37,774 bases of DNA from Ignavibacteria bacterium (GTDB lineage Bacteria > Bacteroidota > Ignavibacteria > Tepidaquicellales > Tepidaquicellaceae), in assembly GCA_039934715.1 (NCBI GenBank), contig JBDTLQ010000001.1:1-37774 (forward strand), read 5' to 3'. Every line of letters begins with the position of its first letter. The stretch's first letter is position 1. The notes under the pieces were generated by a model, which saw nothing but the letters and a program-made list of their open reading frames with translations, made no database searches and had not been told where the DNA came from. The position numbers and the translations under genes were made by a program. Of this stretch, positions 19,444-28,147 are shown piece by piece.

Positions 19444-19877
19444 GCTTTGTAAGAATTCAAAAAATTTCATCCAAAGAAGCCTGGGCAGTAAGAGGAATAT
19501 TATTTGGCTTAATCGCTTTCGCTTTTATCGCGACAATACTATATCCTTTTGACCTGATAAGATATTTATTTCCGGGATGGTTTAAATATGACAGCTCATG
19601 TGTGATCCTCAATTTATTCGGCATCCCATGTCCTTTCTGCGGTATGTCGCATGCATTAGCGGAATATCTCAAACTTAATTTTTCCACAAGCATTTATTAT
19701 AATCCCTCATCGGTAGTATTCTTTACATTTTTAGGATTATTCTGTTTGTTTATTTTTGTCTTAAGTATATTTAATTATAAGGTAGCAGTTTCGTTTAATA
19801 AGAAAACTTTAACGGCATTAATAATTGTTTTAATGATCATTTGGATCCTGAATATCTGTTTCGGTCACCTTAGTTAA
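19440..19877 (+). CDS. DUF2752 family membrane protein
   Basis: The CPFCGMSHA motif (family pattern CPxCGxT/S) follows TM1. The TTG start overlaps the previous stop (TTGA). There is no in-frame ATG before the motif. Confidence 0.7.
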   Translation: MSFVRIQKISSKEAWAVRGILFGLIAFAFIATILYPFDLIRYLFPGWFKYDSSCVILNLFGIPCPFCGMSHALAEYLKLNFSTSIYYNPSSVVFFTFLGLFCLFIFVLSIFNYKVAVSFNKKTLTALIIVLMIIWILNICFGHLS

Positions 19878-19937
19878 AAACAAAAATATTTCTAAGATCA
19901 AATTATCATAGTTGTAAAACAAAAAAGAATTTATATA

Positions 19938-21026
19938 ATGTTTGAATATTCCGGTTCGATACATATGCATTCAAAATTCTCCGACGGTTCAGGGACGGTT
20001 GAGGAGATAGCGCGCTATGCATGTGAATCCGGGCTCGACTTTATAATACTCACCGATCACAATACTCTCAAAGCTAAAGAGAAGGGATTTGAAAAATGGT
20101 ACGGCGATACAATGCTAATCGTGGGGTACGAAGTCAATGACAGTAAAAATAAAAATCATTACCTCGTGTTCGGAACCGATAAAGTGATTGGTACATACGA
20201 TAAGCTCGCAGACGGTGATCTCGGCTGCCACATGCCCGCGGTTGAATATGTAAAAGAAATTAAAAAGCAGGGAGGAATTGGCTTTCTGGCTCATCCTCAT
20301 GAAGTTCGCAATGATCTTCCCGAGCATCCTGCTTATCCATGGACCGCCTGGGAATCCGAAGACTTTACCGGAATCGAGATCTGGAATCATATGAGTGAAT
20401 GGACAGAAGGGCTTAACGAATCAAATAAGCTGCAGCGTTTTATACATCCGCTCAAATCAATTGTTGCACCTCCCGAAGTTACATTGAAAAAATGGGATGA
20501 GCTGAATCTTAAAAGAAAGGTTGTCGCGATCGGCGGTATTGATGCACATGCGCATAAGCACAACATCATGGGATTTGAATTTGAGATTTTTGCTTATAAA
20601 ATTTTATTCAAGTCTATCAGGACACATGTGCTCGTTGATAAAGAAATATTAAAAGGTGATAAGAAAAATTTTGATCAGGATCAGAAGCAGATAATTGAAG
20701 CGATCGGGTACGGAAGAAGTTTTGTTGTCAATCCATATTACGGAAGTGGTACCGGGTTTAGGTTTTTTGCAGAGTATGACGGGAAACATTATCTTATGGG
20801 TGACAGGATCAGATTTGTAAAAAGTAAAAATAAAAAAATAATATTCCGCACCTTCCTTCCTTCTGCGGCAAGGATCAGATTGATCCATAATGGAAAATGC
20901 GTTGATGAGCTGCAGAATCTTGACTGTATATGGGACAGCGATGAAACAGGCTCCTACAGGATAGAGGCATGGAAGGACAGCAAAGGATGGATCTTTTCAA
21001 ATCACATTCGTGTGACAGATGAATAA
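19938..21026 (+). CDS. PHP-domain metal-dependent phosphoesterase (CehA/McbA-like)
   Basis: SIHMHSKFSDGSGTVEEIA...DFIILTDHN, plus the later motifs HPHE and GGIDAHAH, all typical of PHP-domain histidine clusters. Confidence 0.8.
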   Translation: MFEYSGSIHMHSKFSDGSGTVEEIARYACESGLDFIILTDHNTLKAKEKGFEKWYGDTMLIVGYEVNDSKNKNHYLVFGTDKVIGTYDKLADGDLGCHMPAVEYVKEIKKQGGIGFLAHPHEVRNDLPEHPAYPWTAWESEDFTGIEIWNHMSEWTEGLNESNKLQRFIHPLKSIVAPPEVTLKKWDELNLKRKVVAIGGIDAHAHKHNIMGFEFEIFAYKILFKSIRTHVLVDKEILKGDKKNFDQDQKQIIEAIGYGRSFVVNPYYGSGTGFRFFAEYDGKHYLMGDRIRFVKSKNKKIIFRTFLPSAARIRLIHNGKCVDELQNLDCIWDSDETGSYRIEAWKDSKGWIFSNHIRVTDE

Positions 21027-21410
21027 ATGAAAATGGAAACTAAAACCGGAAATAAATTAGATAAGATAATAGTGATCGGAGATAGGGTGCTGATCAAATC
21101 AAAGTCTCCTTCGGAAAAGACAAAGACAGGTTTGTATCTGCCTCCCGGTGTTCAGGAAAAAGAAATTGTTCAGAGCGGTTACGTAATGAAGTCAGGTCCC
21201 GGATATCCCGTTCCATTGCAGGCTGAAGATGAATCATGGAAGAAGACTGACGAGAAGATCCGTTATATTCCTTTACAGGTAAAGAACGGAGACCTTGCAA
21301 TTTTTCTACAGAGGGATGCCATCGAAGTAATTTATGAGAATGAAAAATATTTTATTGTACCGCAGCATTCGATACTGCTCCTGGAAAGAGATGAAGATCT
21401 TTTTGAATAA
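21027..21410 (+). CDS. GroES/Cpn10-family protein, atypically long (127 aa)
   Basis: DRVLIKSKSPSEKTKTGLYLP (mobile-loop region), QSGYVMKSGPG and VKNGDLAIF...YFIVPQHSILLL align with the GroES beta-barrel pattern. The ATG directly abuts the PHP gene stop (TAAATG). Confidence 0.7.
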   Translation: MKMETKTGNKLDKIIVIGDRVLIKSKSPSEKTKTGLYLPPGVQEKEIVQSGYVMKSGPGYPVPLQAEDESWKKTDEKIRYIPLQVKNGDLAIFLQRDAIEVIYENEKYFIVPQHSILLLERDEDLFE

Positions 21411-21428
21411 AAATTAAATAGAAACAAA

Positions 21429-21899
21429 ATGGAAAAATATTTTCTTAATTTATTCGGGTACGAACACTGGGCTAACAATGCAATAACTTACGCGCTCGTA
21501 AAAATAGAGGAACTGCCTCCAAAAGCTTTATCAATAATGTCGCACATAGTTGATGCACAGATAGTCTGGCTTAGCAGGATAAAAAGCATTGATACGCATG
21601 TCAGGGTGTGGGAAGATTATACAATTGAAGAGATATCGGGAAAGCTTGAACAGTCATCAACAGATCTTATCGGATTTTTAAAAAGTATTTCAGGTGATGA
21701 CACTAAAAAGATCATTTCATACAAAAATTCAAAGGGCGAAGAGTTTAGATCAACTCTTGAAGACATACTGACACATCTTATAATTCATTCCGCGTATCAC
21801 AGAGGACAGATAATACTTTTAATAAAACCATTTGTATCTGTACTCCCTTATACGGACTATATTCACTATGTACGGGCAGTCAGAGATAGTTCAGATTGA
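21429..21899 (+). CDS. DinB-family (four-helix bundle, metal-binding) protein
   Basis: YEHWAN near the N-terminus, H..DAQ..W, and a C-terminal HLIIHSAYHRGQI histidine triad pattern. Confidence 0.8.
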   Translation: MEKYFLNLFGYEHWANNAITYALVKIEELPPKALSIMSHIVDAQIVWLSRIKSIDTHVRVWEDYTIEEISGKLEQSSTDLIGFLKSISGDDTKKIISYKNSKGEEFRSTLEDILTHLIIHSAYHRGQIILLIKPFVSVLPYTDYIHYVRAVRDSSD

Positions 21900-21938
21900 T
21901 TTATTAAATCATTCCCGGTAATTTAAAAATAAAATATC

Positions 21939-22865
21939 ATGAACAGCAAAACTGAATTATGGCCGCCTCTTCGATGGAAGGAATGGAGAGAAACCGCAAT
22001 GACCGTTCATCTTTTCACACAAATAATAGGAAAGATCAGACTCGGTTTAATGCCAATGCAGGCAGAATGGGCGCAGGTACCTCTCTCATTGAATTCACGC
22101 GGACTTTCATCTGTCAGTATGCCGACTGACAACGGTACATTAGATATAAACTTTGATTTTATTTCTCACAATATTTATTTTTTCTCAAGTACCGGAAAAA
22201 CGATTTCGTTTTCGTTGAAGGATCATAGTGTCGCGGACTTTTACAAAGAAACTGTTCAGGCTCTTGATGAGCTTAATATAAATGTGAAAATAAATCCGAT
22301 GTCAGTTGAAATGGTTACTGCTGTTAAAATGGATACAGATACTGAAGATAAAGCTTATGACAGTGATGCGGTCAGACGATGGTGGCATCTTCTTGTTATG
22401 ATCGGAAATGTCTTTAACAAATTCCGCAGCAGATTTTCCGGAAAAGAATTTCCTGTTAACTTTTTTTGGGGAAGTTTTGATCTTTCAGTAACATTGTTTT
22501 CAGGAAAGCTTGTTGATACTCCGGCAAATTCAGACCTTATATATAGAGTGGCAATGGACGCGGAGCAGATCACTCTTGGCTTCTGGCCGGGAAGCGATGA
22601 TTTTCCCGAACCGGTATTCTTTGGTTACATTTATCCCAAACCTGAACGATTTGAAAATTCAATAATTAAACCATCTTCTTCATACTGGTCAAATGAAAAA
22701 GGTGAATTCATTCTTCCGTATGAATCTATAAGAACAAATGATCCGGAGACGTCATTATTGGAATTTTGCGAAAGCGTTTATGAAACGGCAGCAAAGCTTG
22801 CAGGATGGGATCTCAAAACACTGGAGCATAAACCTGCGGTGAATAAACCGAAGTTAAAAAAATAA
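21939..22865 (+). CDS. DUF5996 family protein
   Basis: The N-terminus WPPLRWKEWRETAMTVHLFTQIIGKIRLGLMP matches my recollection of the DUF5996 consensus (W..T..TLHLWTQIVGKIRL). Confidence 0.6.
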   Translation: MNSKTELWPPLRWKEWRETAMTVHLFTQIIGKIRLGLMPMQAEWAQVPLSLNSRGLSSVSMPTDNGTLDINFDFISHNIYFFSSTGKTISFSLKDHSVADFYKETVQALDELNINVKINPMSVEMVTAVKMDTDTEDKAYDSDAVRRWWHLLVMIGNVFNKFRSRFSGKEFPVNFFWGSFDLSVTLFSGKLVDTPANSDLIYRVAMDAEQITLGFWPGSDDFPEPVFFGYIYPKPERFENSIIKPSSSYWSNEKGEFILPYESIRTNDPETSLLEFCESVYETAAKLAGWDLKTLEHKPAVNKPKLKK

Positions 22866-22985
22866 TTCAGCAGCATTATCCAAAATTAAATTTAATTCTG
22901 TATTTCATCTTCAGCATATAATTATTTTAACATTACACTGAACCTGACGTTAATCCTTTCGTATTCTAAAATCTAAATATTTGTA

Positions 22986-24617
22986 ATGCAAAACTCATTT
23001 ACCGTTTCCGGGAACATAGTTGATGTTTTAAACAGAAGGATTTTTCCCGGAACAATTTCTGTGCAAGACTCAAAGATCTTTTCTATTACTGAAGATAAAA
23101 ATTCTTACGATAATTATATTCTGCCTGGATTTATTGACGCGCATATTCACGTTGAAAGCTCGATGCTTATCCCATCTGAATTTGCTCGTCTGGCGGTTAC
23201 ACACGGAACAGTGGCAACAGTTTCTGATCCTCATGAGATAGGAAATGTACTGGGCATTCAAGGGATCAGATACATGATAGAAAACGGAAGCAAGGTTCCT
23301 TTCAAATTTTATTTTGGTGCGTCGCCATGCGTACCCGCGACCAAATTTGAAACTGCCGGTGCTGAGATCGGTCCTGAAGAGATCCGTGAACTTTTTGTAA
23401 AGGACGGTCTCCATTATCTCAGTGAAATGATGAATTATCCCGGTGTCCTATTTAACGATCCCATTGTAATGGAAAAAATTAAGATCGCTCAGGAGCTTGA
23501 TCGTCCCGTTGACGGACATGCGCCGGGACTTCGCGGAGAGGACGCGAAGAAATATATTTCCGCGGGGATATCAACAGATCATGAATGTTTCACGATCGAA
23601 GAAGCTCTTGATAAAATAAAATACGGAATGAGAATAATCATTCGCGAAGGTTCGGCAGCAAAAAATTATGAAGCACTTCATACATTGATAAAGGACCGTT
23701 CGGATGTGGTTATGTTCTGCAGCGATGATAAACATCCGAACGATCTTGTGGAAGGGCAGATAGACAGGATAGTCGCGAGATCAGTTGCTTACGGATATGA
23801 TCTCTTTGATATATTAACCTGTGCATGCATAAATCCTGTCACTCATTACAAGCTGGATGTGGGAATGCTTCGTGAAGATGACCCGGCAGATTTTATTGTA
23901 GTAAACAATCTACAGGATTTCAAAACAAGCAAGACATACATAAACGGAAAACTTGTTTCCGAGAACGGCAAAACTCTGATCGAACGTGTTGAAGGAAAAA
24001 TTGTAAATCATTTTAACACATCAAAAAAAGAGATTAAAGATTTTGAGATCGGAACTGACTACAAGGAAATACGTGTCATTGAAGCACTTGAGGGACAGCT
24101 TATCACCAAAGAACTTTATTTTCCTGTTAAGAACGAGAATGGAAATCTTGTTTCAGACATTGATAATGATGTTTTAAAACTGGCTGTCACGGAAAGATAC
24201 AAGAACGGAAAACCTGCGATCGCATTCATTAAAAATTTCGGATTGAAAAAAGGAGCCATTGCTTCCTGCGTAGCACACGACTCACATAATATTATTGCAG
24301 TCGGTGTTACAGATGCAGACATTTGTAACGCTGTTAATGCGATCATAGAAAATAAAGGAGGCATCTCGGTTTCACACGGCGGCAAAACTGAAGTGCTTCC
24401 TCTTCCTGTTGCAGGAATAATGACAAATGAAGACGGATACATTGTGGCTGAAAAATATATAGCGATAGACAAACTCGCAAAAGAGCTTGGTTCAAAGCTT
24501 CATGCTCCGTTTATGACTCTGTCTTTCATGGCTTTGCTGGTCATACCTCAGCTGAAGCTGAGTGACAAAGGCTTATTCGACGGAAGTAAATTCGAATTCG
24601 TTGAATTGTTTGTGTGA
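22986..24617 (+). CDS. ade: Adenine deaminase
   Basis: [15 protein letters not shown] (amidohydrolase metal site), ...DGHAPG..., ISTDHE and the C-terminal adenine deaminase domain ([15 protein letters not shown]). Confidence 0.9.
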   Translation: MQNSFTVSGNIVDVLNRRIFPGTISVQDSKIFSITEDKNSYDNYILPGFIDAHIHVESSMLIPSEFARLAVTHGTVATVSDPHEIGNVLGIQGIRYMIENGSKVPFKFYFGASPCVPATKFETAGAEIGPEEIRELFVKDGLHYLSEMMNYPGVLFNDPIVMEKIKIAQELDRPVDGHAPGLRGEDAKKYISAGISTDHECFTIEEALDKIKYGMRIIIREGSAAKNYEALHTLIKDRSDVVMFCSDDKHPNDLVEGQIDRIVARSVAYGYDLFDILTCACINPVTHYKLDVGMLREDDPADFIVVNNLQDFKTSKTYINGKLVSENGKTLIERVEGKIVNHFNTSKKEIKDFEIGTDYKEIRVIEALEGQLITKELYFPVKNENGNLVSDIDNDVLKLAVTERYKNGKPAIAFIKNFGLKKGAIASCVAHDSHNIIAVGVTDADICNAVNAIIENKGGISVSHGGKTEVLPLPVAGIMTNEDGYIVAEKYIAIDKLAKELGSKLHAPFMTLSFMALLVIPQLKLSDKGLFDGSKFEFVELFV

Positions 24618-24633
24618 GAATCCGGCGTGGATC

Positions 24634-24787
24634 GTTCAATGGTCAATGGTTCATGGTCAATAGTCAATGGTCAATAGTCAATGGTCAATGGTCAATAGTC
24701 AATGGTCAATGGTCAATGGTCAATCGTGAATCGTCAATCGCCAATAGTGAAATGAAAATGAACTCGTAATTTGTAATTCGTAATTCA
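24634..24787. repeat. Heptanucleotide tandem array
   Basis: Hand-parsed units are GTTCAAT GGTCAAT GGTTCAT GGTCAAT AGTCAAT GGTCAAT AGTCAAT GGTCAAT GGTCAAT AGTCAAT GGTCAAT GGTCAAT GGTCAAT CGTGAAT CGTCAAT CGCCAAT, then AGTGAAA TGAAAAT GAACTCG TAATTTG TAATTCG TAATTCA. That makes 16 core copies of (G/A/C)GTCAAT at 24634-24745, followed by about 6 degenerate copies that keep the 7-nt phase up to 24787. Confidence 0.95.
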
Positions 24788-25285
24788 AGTCTCTTTTGAA
24801 TAAACCAAAAAATTTATTCCAAAAAATTCTCTTTCACATTCATGTTTCATTCCGAGTTTCCTGATAACATTTTGTGAAGCTGTATTTTCAGGATAAGCAA
24901 GCGCGATGACTCTGGTGAGATCTAGTCTTTCAAAGCCGTAATTAAGAGTAGCAATTCCTATTTCAGTGGCGTATCCTTTTCCCCACGAACTTTTTGAATA
25001 CAGGTAAGCGATCTCCGTTTCGGAAATGCCTTTTAAAATATTAAACCCGCAATGCCCGATCAGAGAATTACTTTCTTTTTCAATTACAGCCCATAAGCCG
25101 AACCCAATCTCAATATAATTTTTCATAAATGCCGAAATCATTTTTTTACTTTGTTCAATATCCACTGCTCCTCCTTTTCCTATGTATCTCATTACATCTT
25201 CATCGGAATAAGTTTTTGATATTTCATCAATATCATTTTCATCAAACTCACGAAGATACAATCTCTCTGATTCAAGAATTTTCAT
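24785..25285 (-). CDS. GNAT family N-acetyltransferase (RimJ/RimL-like)
   Basis: ERLYLREFDENDIDE..., GFGLWAVIEKESNSLIGHCGF, and WGKGYATE (acetyl-CoA binding Q/RxxGxG/A-like). The ORF is open to 25291 (TTG), but the ATG at 25285 is the likely start. Confidence 0.85.
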   Translation of the reverse strand: MKILESERLYLREFDENDIDEISKTYSDEDVMRYIGKGGAVDIEQSKKMISAFMKNYIEIGFGLWAVIEKESNSLIGHCGFNILKGISETEIAYLYSKSSWGKGYATEIGIATLNYGFERLDLTRVIALAYPENTASQNVIRKLGMKHECEREFFGINFLVYSKET

Positions 25286-25383
25286 TGACAAAATTTTTAA
25301 GAATTATTATTGGAAACAATATTTATTGTTATACGTAATTTTCATAACTTGTTACTCCAATTTTAAAAATCAATCCATACAGT

Positions 25384-27237
25384 ATGCTTCGTATTCTTGT
25401 TTTAGCGGTCATTGCATTAACTTTTTCTAATTCATACTCGCAGGTTATACAAAATGACAATTATCAGTTCTTTGTAGATCTCAATGACGTGTCGAATGAC
25501 CAGCTTACCATTGAGCTTATCACCCCAAAAATTAATTCGGATAAAGTATCATATAAATTTCCGGCGATGGTTCCGGGAACATACAAGGTTTATAACTTCG
25601 GAAGATTTATCTCAGAGCTTCAGGCATTTGACCAGTCAGGAAATCATTTAAGTGTAAACAAATCAGACATTAACACCTGGGAAATTTCAGAAGCGGACAA
25701 ACTTTATAAGATCACTTACAGGATGGATGATACTTTTGAGGATACGACAGGCACTTCGATTTTTGAGCCGGCAGGAACAAGCATTGAAGAGGGGAAAATT
25801 TTCGTAGTAAATACTCATGGTTTCTTCGGATACTTTGATGATCTTCTTAATTCCAATTATACATTATCATTCAGTAAACCTGCGGGTTTTTTTGGATCAA
25901 CAAGCCTTACCGCGGTTGAAAGAACGGACACGGATGAAATTTTCTCTGCGCCCAATTATCAGTTCCTCGTTGACAGTCCTATATTTTTTAACGTACCCGA
26001 TACAGCCTCAATTAATTTCGACGAAGCGAACATTTTCATTTCAGTTTATTCGCCTTCCAAATCCATCACTGCAAAAGATCTTGCTGACGGCAACAAGGAA
26101 TTGTTAATAGCCATTCGAAAATATCTTGGCGGAAAGCTGCCGACTGACAGATATACTTTCTTATATTATTTTTCTGATAATAAAAAAGGAAGCGGAAGTT
26201 ACGGAGCTCTTGAACATAATTTAACCTCGCTTTATTATATGCCCGATGTACCAAAAGAAGCTAAGCAATATATGATCCAGCAGCTCAAATCCACAAACGT
26301 TCATGAATTTTATCATACCGTTACACCATTAAATCTTCACTCTGAGGAGATAGGAAATTTTGATTTTAATAACCCTAAGATGAGCGAACATTTGTGGCTT
26401 TATGAAGGTGTGACCGAGTATAATGCGGATTATATTCAGCTTCGTGAAGGACTGACGAAAATTGAAGATTACGCAGGAGTAATTGATTCGAAACTGAACG
26501 GCGCGTCGAGATATAATGATTCACTTCCTTTTACCGAACTGAGCAAGGGAGCGCTGGATGTTTATGAGCCTCAATATAATAATGTATATGAAAAGGGCGC
26601 GCTGATCGGGCTGTGTCTTGACATTTTAATACGCGAACAATCAAACGGACAGCAGGGAATACAGGATGTGATCAATAAGCTTCTTGACAAATACGGTAAG
26701 GATAGATCTTTCCGGGATGAAGATCTGTTCAATGAAATCGAAGCTCTCACTTCGCCGGTAGTAAGAGATTTCCTTGACAAGTATGTTGCTGGACCAAACA
26801 GAATTCCCTACGAACAAATATTTGAGAAGATCGGATTTGAGGTTAAAAGAAAACCTTTTCAGGTTGTCGATGCCGGAGGACTTGAGATGGGTTTCAATCA
26901 GGAAAAATTCCGTTTGAAAATAGTCAAGATAGAACATCCTGATAATAAATTCATAGCCGAGCTCGGGGCAAAAGACGGAGATGAGCTTGTTTCAGTAGGC
27001 GGCAAACAAATAAACTTTCAAAACATGAGAGGTATCTTCGGCTCAGAAACAAATATTGTAAAACCCGGAGATACATTTGAGCTGGTAGTAGCAAGAATGG
27101 AAAACGGGAAGGAGAAACTTGTAACACTTAACGCGAAGATACAGAAGACAAAGACCGCTCACACTTTTGAAGTAGACCTGATTAATAAACTTTCGGATAA
27201 GCAACAAACGCTCAGAAAGGCGTGGCTCGGTAGTTAA
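25384..27237 (+). CDS. Secreted M61-family metallopeptidase (glycyl aminopeptidase-like) with C-terminal PDZ domain
   Basis: Signal peptide MLRILVLAVIALTFSNSYSQ, HEFYH zinc motif with downstream LWLYEGVTEY, and a C-terminal PDZ-like GAKDGDELVSVGGKQI. Confidence 0.75.
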   Translation: MLRILVLAVIALTFSNSYSQVIQNDNYQFFVDLNDVSNDQLTIELITPKINSDKVSYKFPAMVPGTYKVYNFGRFISELQAFDQSGNHLSVNKSDINTWEISEADKLYKITYRMDDTFEDTTGTSIFEPAGTSIEEGKIFVVNTHGFFGYFDDLLNSNYTLSFSKPAGFFGSTSLTAVERTDTDEIFSAPNYQFLVDSPIFFNVPDTASINFDEANIFISVYSPSKSITAKDLADGNKELLIAIRKYLGGKLPTDRYTFLYYFSDNKKGSGSYGALEHNLTSLYYMPDVPKEAKQYMIQQLKSTNVHEFYHTVTPLNLHSEEIGNFDFNNPKMSEHLWLYEGVTEYNADYIQLREGLTKIEDYAGVIDSKLNGASRYNDSLPFTELSKGALDVYEPQYNNVYEKGALIGLCLDILIREQSNGQQGIQDVINKLLDKYGKDRSFRDEDLFNEIEALTSPVVRDFLDKYVAGPNRIPYEQIFEKIGFEVKRKPFQVVDAGGLEMGFNQEKFRLKIVKIEHPDNKFIAELGAKDGDELVSVGGKQINFQNMRGIFGSETNIVKPGDTFELVVARMENGKEKLVTLNAKIQKTKTAHTFEVDLINKLSDKQQTLRKAWLGS

Positions 27238-27254
27238 TTAAAAATTCTGGTGAT

Positions 27255-28121
27255 CTACTTTATAAGTTCCATTTTTTTTGTATCCTGAAAATTTCCTGAG
27301 ATCATTTTGTAAAAATAAACACCGCTCGGAAAATTGTTGCCGGCAAAGGTGAGATTATAATTCCCCCGCTCATATATCCCCTCAGCCAAAACAACCAGCT
27401 CTTTTCCTAAAGCATCATAGATCTTTATGGTCACACCTGTTCTTTCGGGAACACTGAAAACAATTTCTGTTTGAGGATTAAAAGGATTTGGAAAGTTCTG
27501 GCGAAGCATAAATGTTTCCGGAATACTTTTTCCCGGATCGTTTCCGGTCAGTGTGAAATTATCTATCCATACATTATCTGATGAACTCCCGAGCGGACCG
27601 CCATTTGTCAAATGATAATTGACTGCGAAGAAAATATTTTTTCCTGAAAACTGCGACAGGTCATAACTTTTTTTATGCCATGTGCCGGCAGGTCCGTCAA
27701 CTTTAAAATGATCAATTAGAGTGAAACTGCTTAACAAAGTGTCAGTTGTTGAGACCCATATCTTTAGAGAGTCCTTGTAATTTTCATCTACAGCTCCGCA
27801 CCAGAAAGAAATGCTGTCACCGGCAAGAATGCCTATAAGCTTCGAAGTTATAAGCCAGTCATCCGCGTAGTTTTTATAATTGACGTCATCAAAACTGAAT
27901 TTAAAAAAATGATTCCCCTCCTGCGGATCCATGCTTACAGATTTTGCAAAAGTAAAAGAGCTGTATATTTCAGGAAGAGATGCTGATGAGTCATTATTAA
28001 TTAAAGTCCAGCCATTGGAAAAAATATTTAATGATTCAAATCCTTCCTCCCACAAAATGCCCTGTGATAAAGAAACCCGGAATGATGATAAGAATAAAAT
28101 TATAATTAAATATTTTTTCAT
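27255..28121 (-). CDS. T9SS type-A sorting-domain cargo protein with a choice-of-anchor-J-like beta-sandwich
   Basis: Signal peptide. EEGFES...NGWTLINND...DDWLITS...VWIDNFTL pattern. The C-terminal Por sorting domain reads NFPNPFNPQTEIVFSVPERTGVTIKIYDALGKELVVL...SGVYFYKM. Confidence 0.8.
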   Translation of the reverse strand: MKKYLIIILFLSSFRVSLSQGILWEEGFESLNIFSNGWTLINNDSSASLPEIYSSFTFAKSVSMDPQEGNHFFKFSFDDVNYKNYADDWLITSKLIGILAGDSISFWCGAVDENYKDSLKIWVSTTDTLLSSFTLIDHFKVDGPAGTWHKKSYDLSQFSGKNIFFAVNYHLTNGGPLGSSSDNVWIDNFTLTGNDPGKSIPETFMLRQNFPNPFNPQTEIVFSVPERTGVTIKIYDALGKELVVLAEGIYERGNYNLTFAGNNFPSGVYFYKMISGNFQDTKKMELIK

Positions 28122-28147
28122 TTTAAAATTTTTATACTAATCTGTAT

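Noticed and set aside
22866-22985. A possible purine riboswitch in the 120-nt leader of adenine deaminase.
   Set aside because: I found none of the conserved purine-riboswitch elements (the P1 stem and the U-rich/CUAC junction motifs). The region is simply AT-rich. Confirmation would need an Rfam/Infernal scan.
24634-24745. The tandem array considered as a possible CRISPR or as a coding repeat (it translates as QWSMVNG-type heptads).
   Set aside because: The unit is only 7 nt, with no spacers and no cas genes. The array lies after the ade stop, and the A-variants create TAG stops in frame, so it is neither a CRISPR nor a plausible protein repeat.
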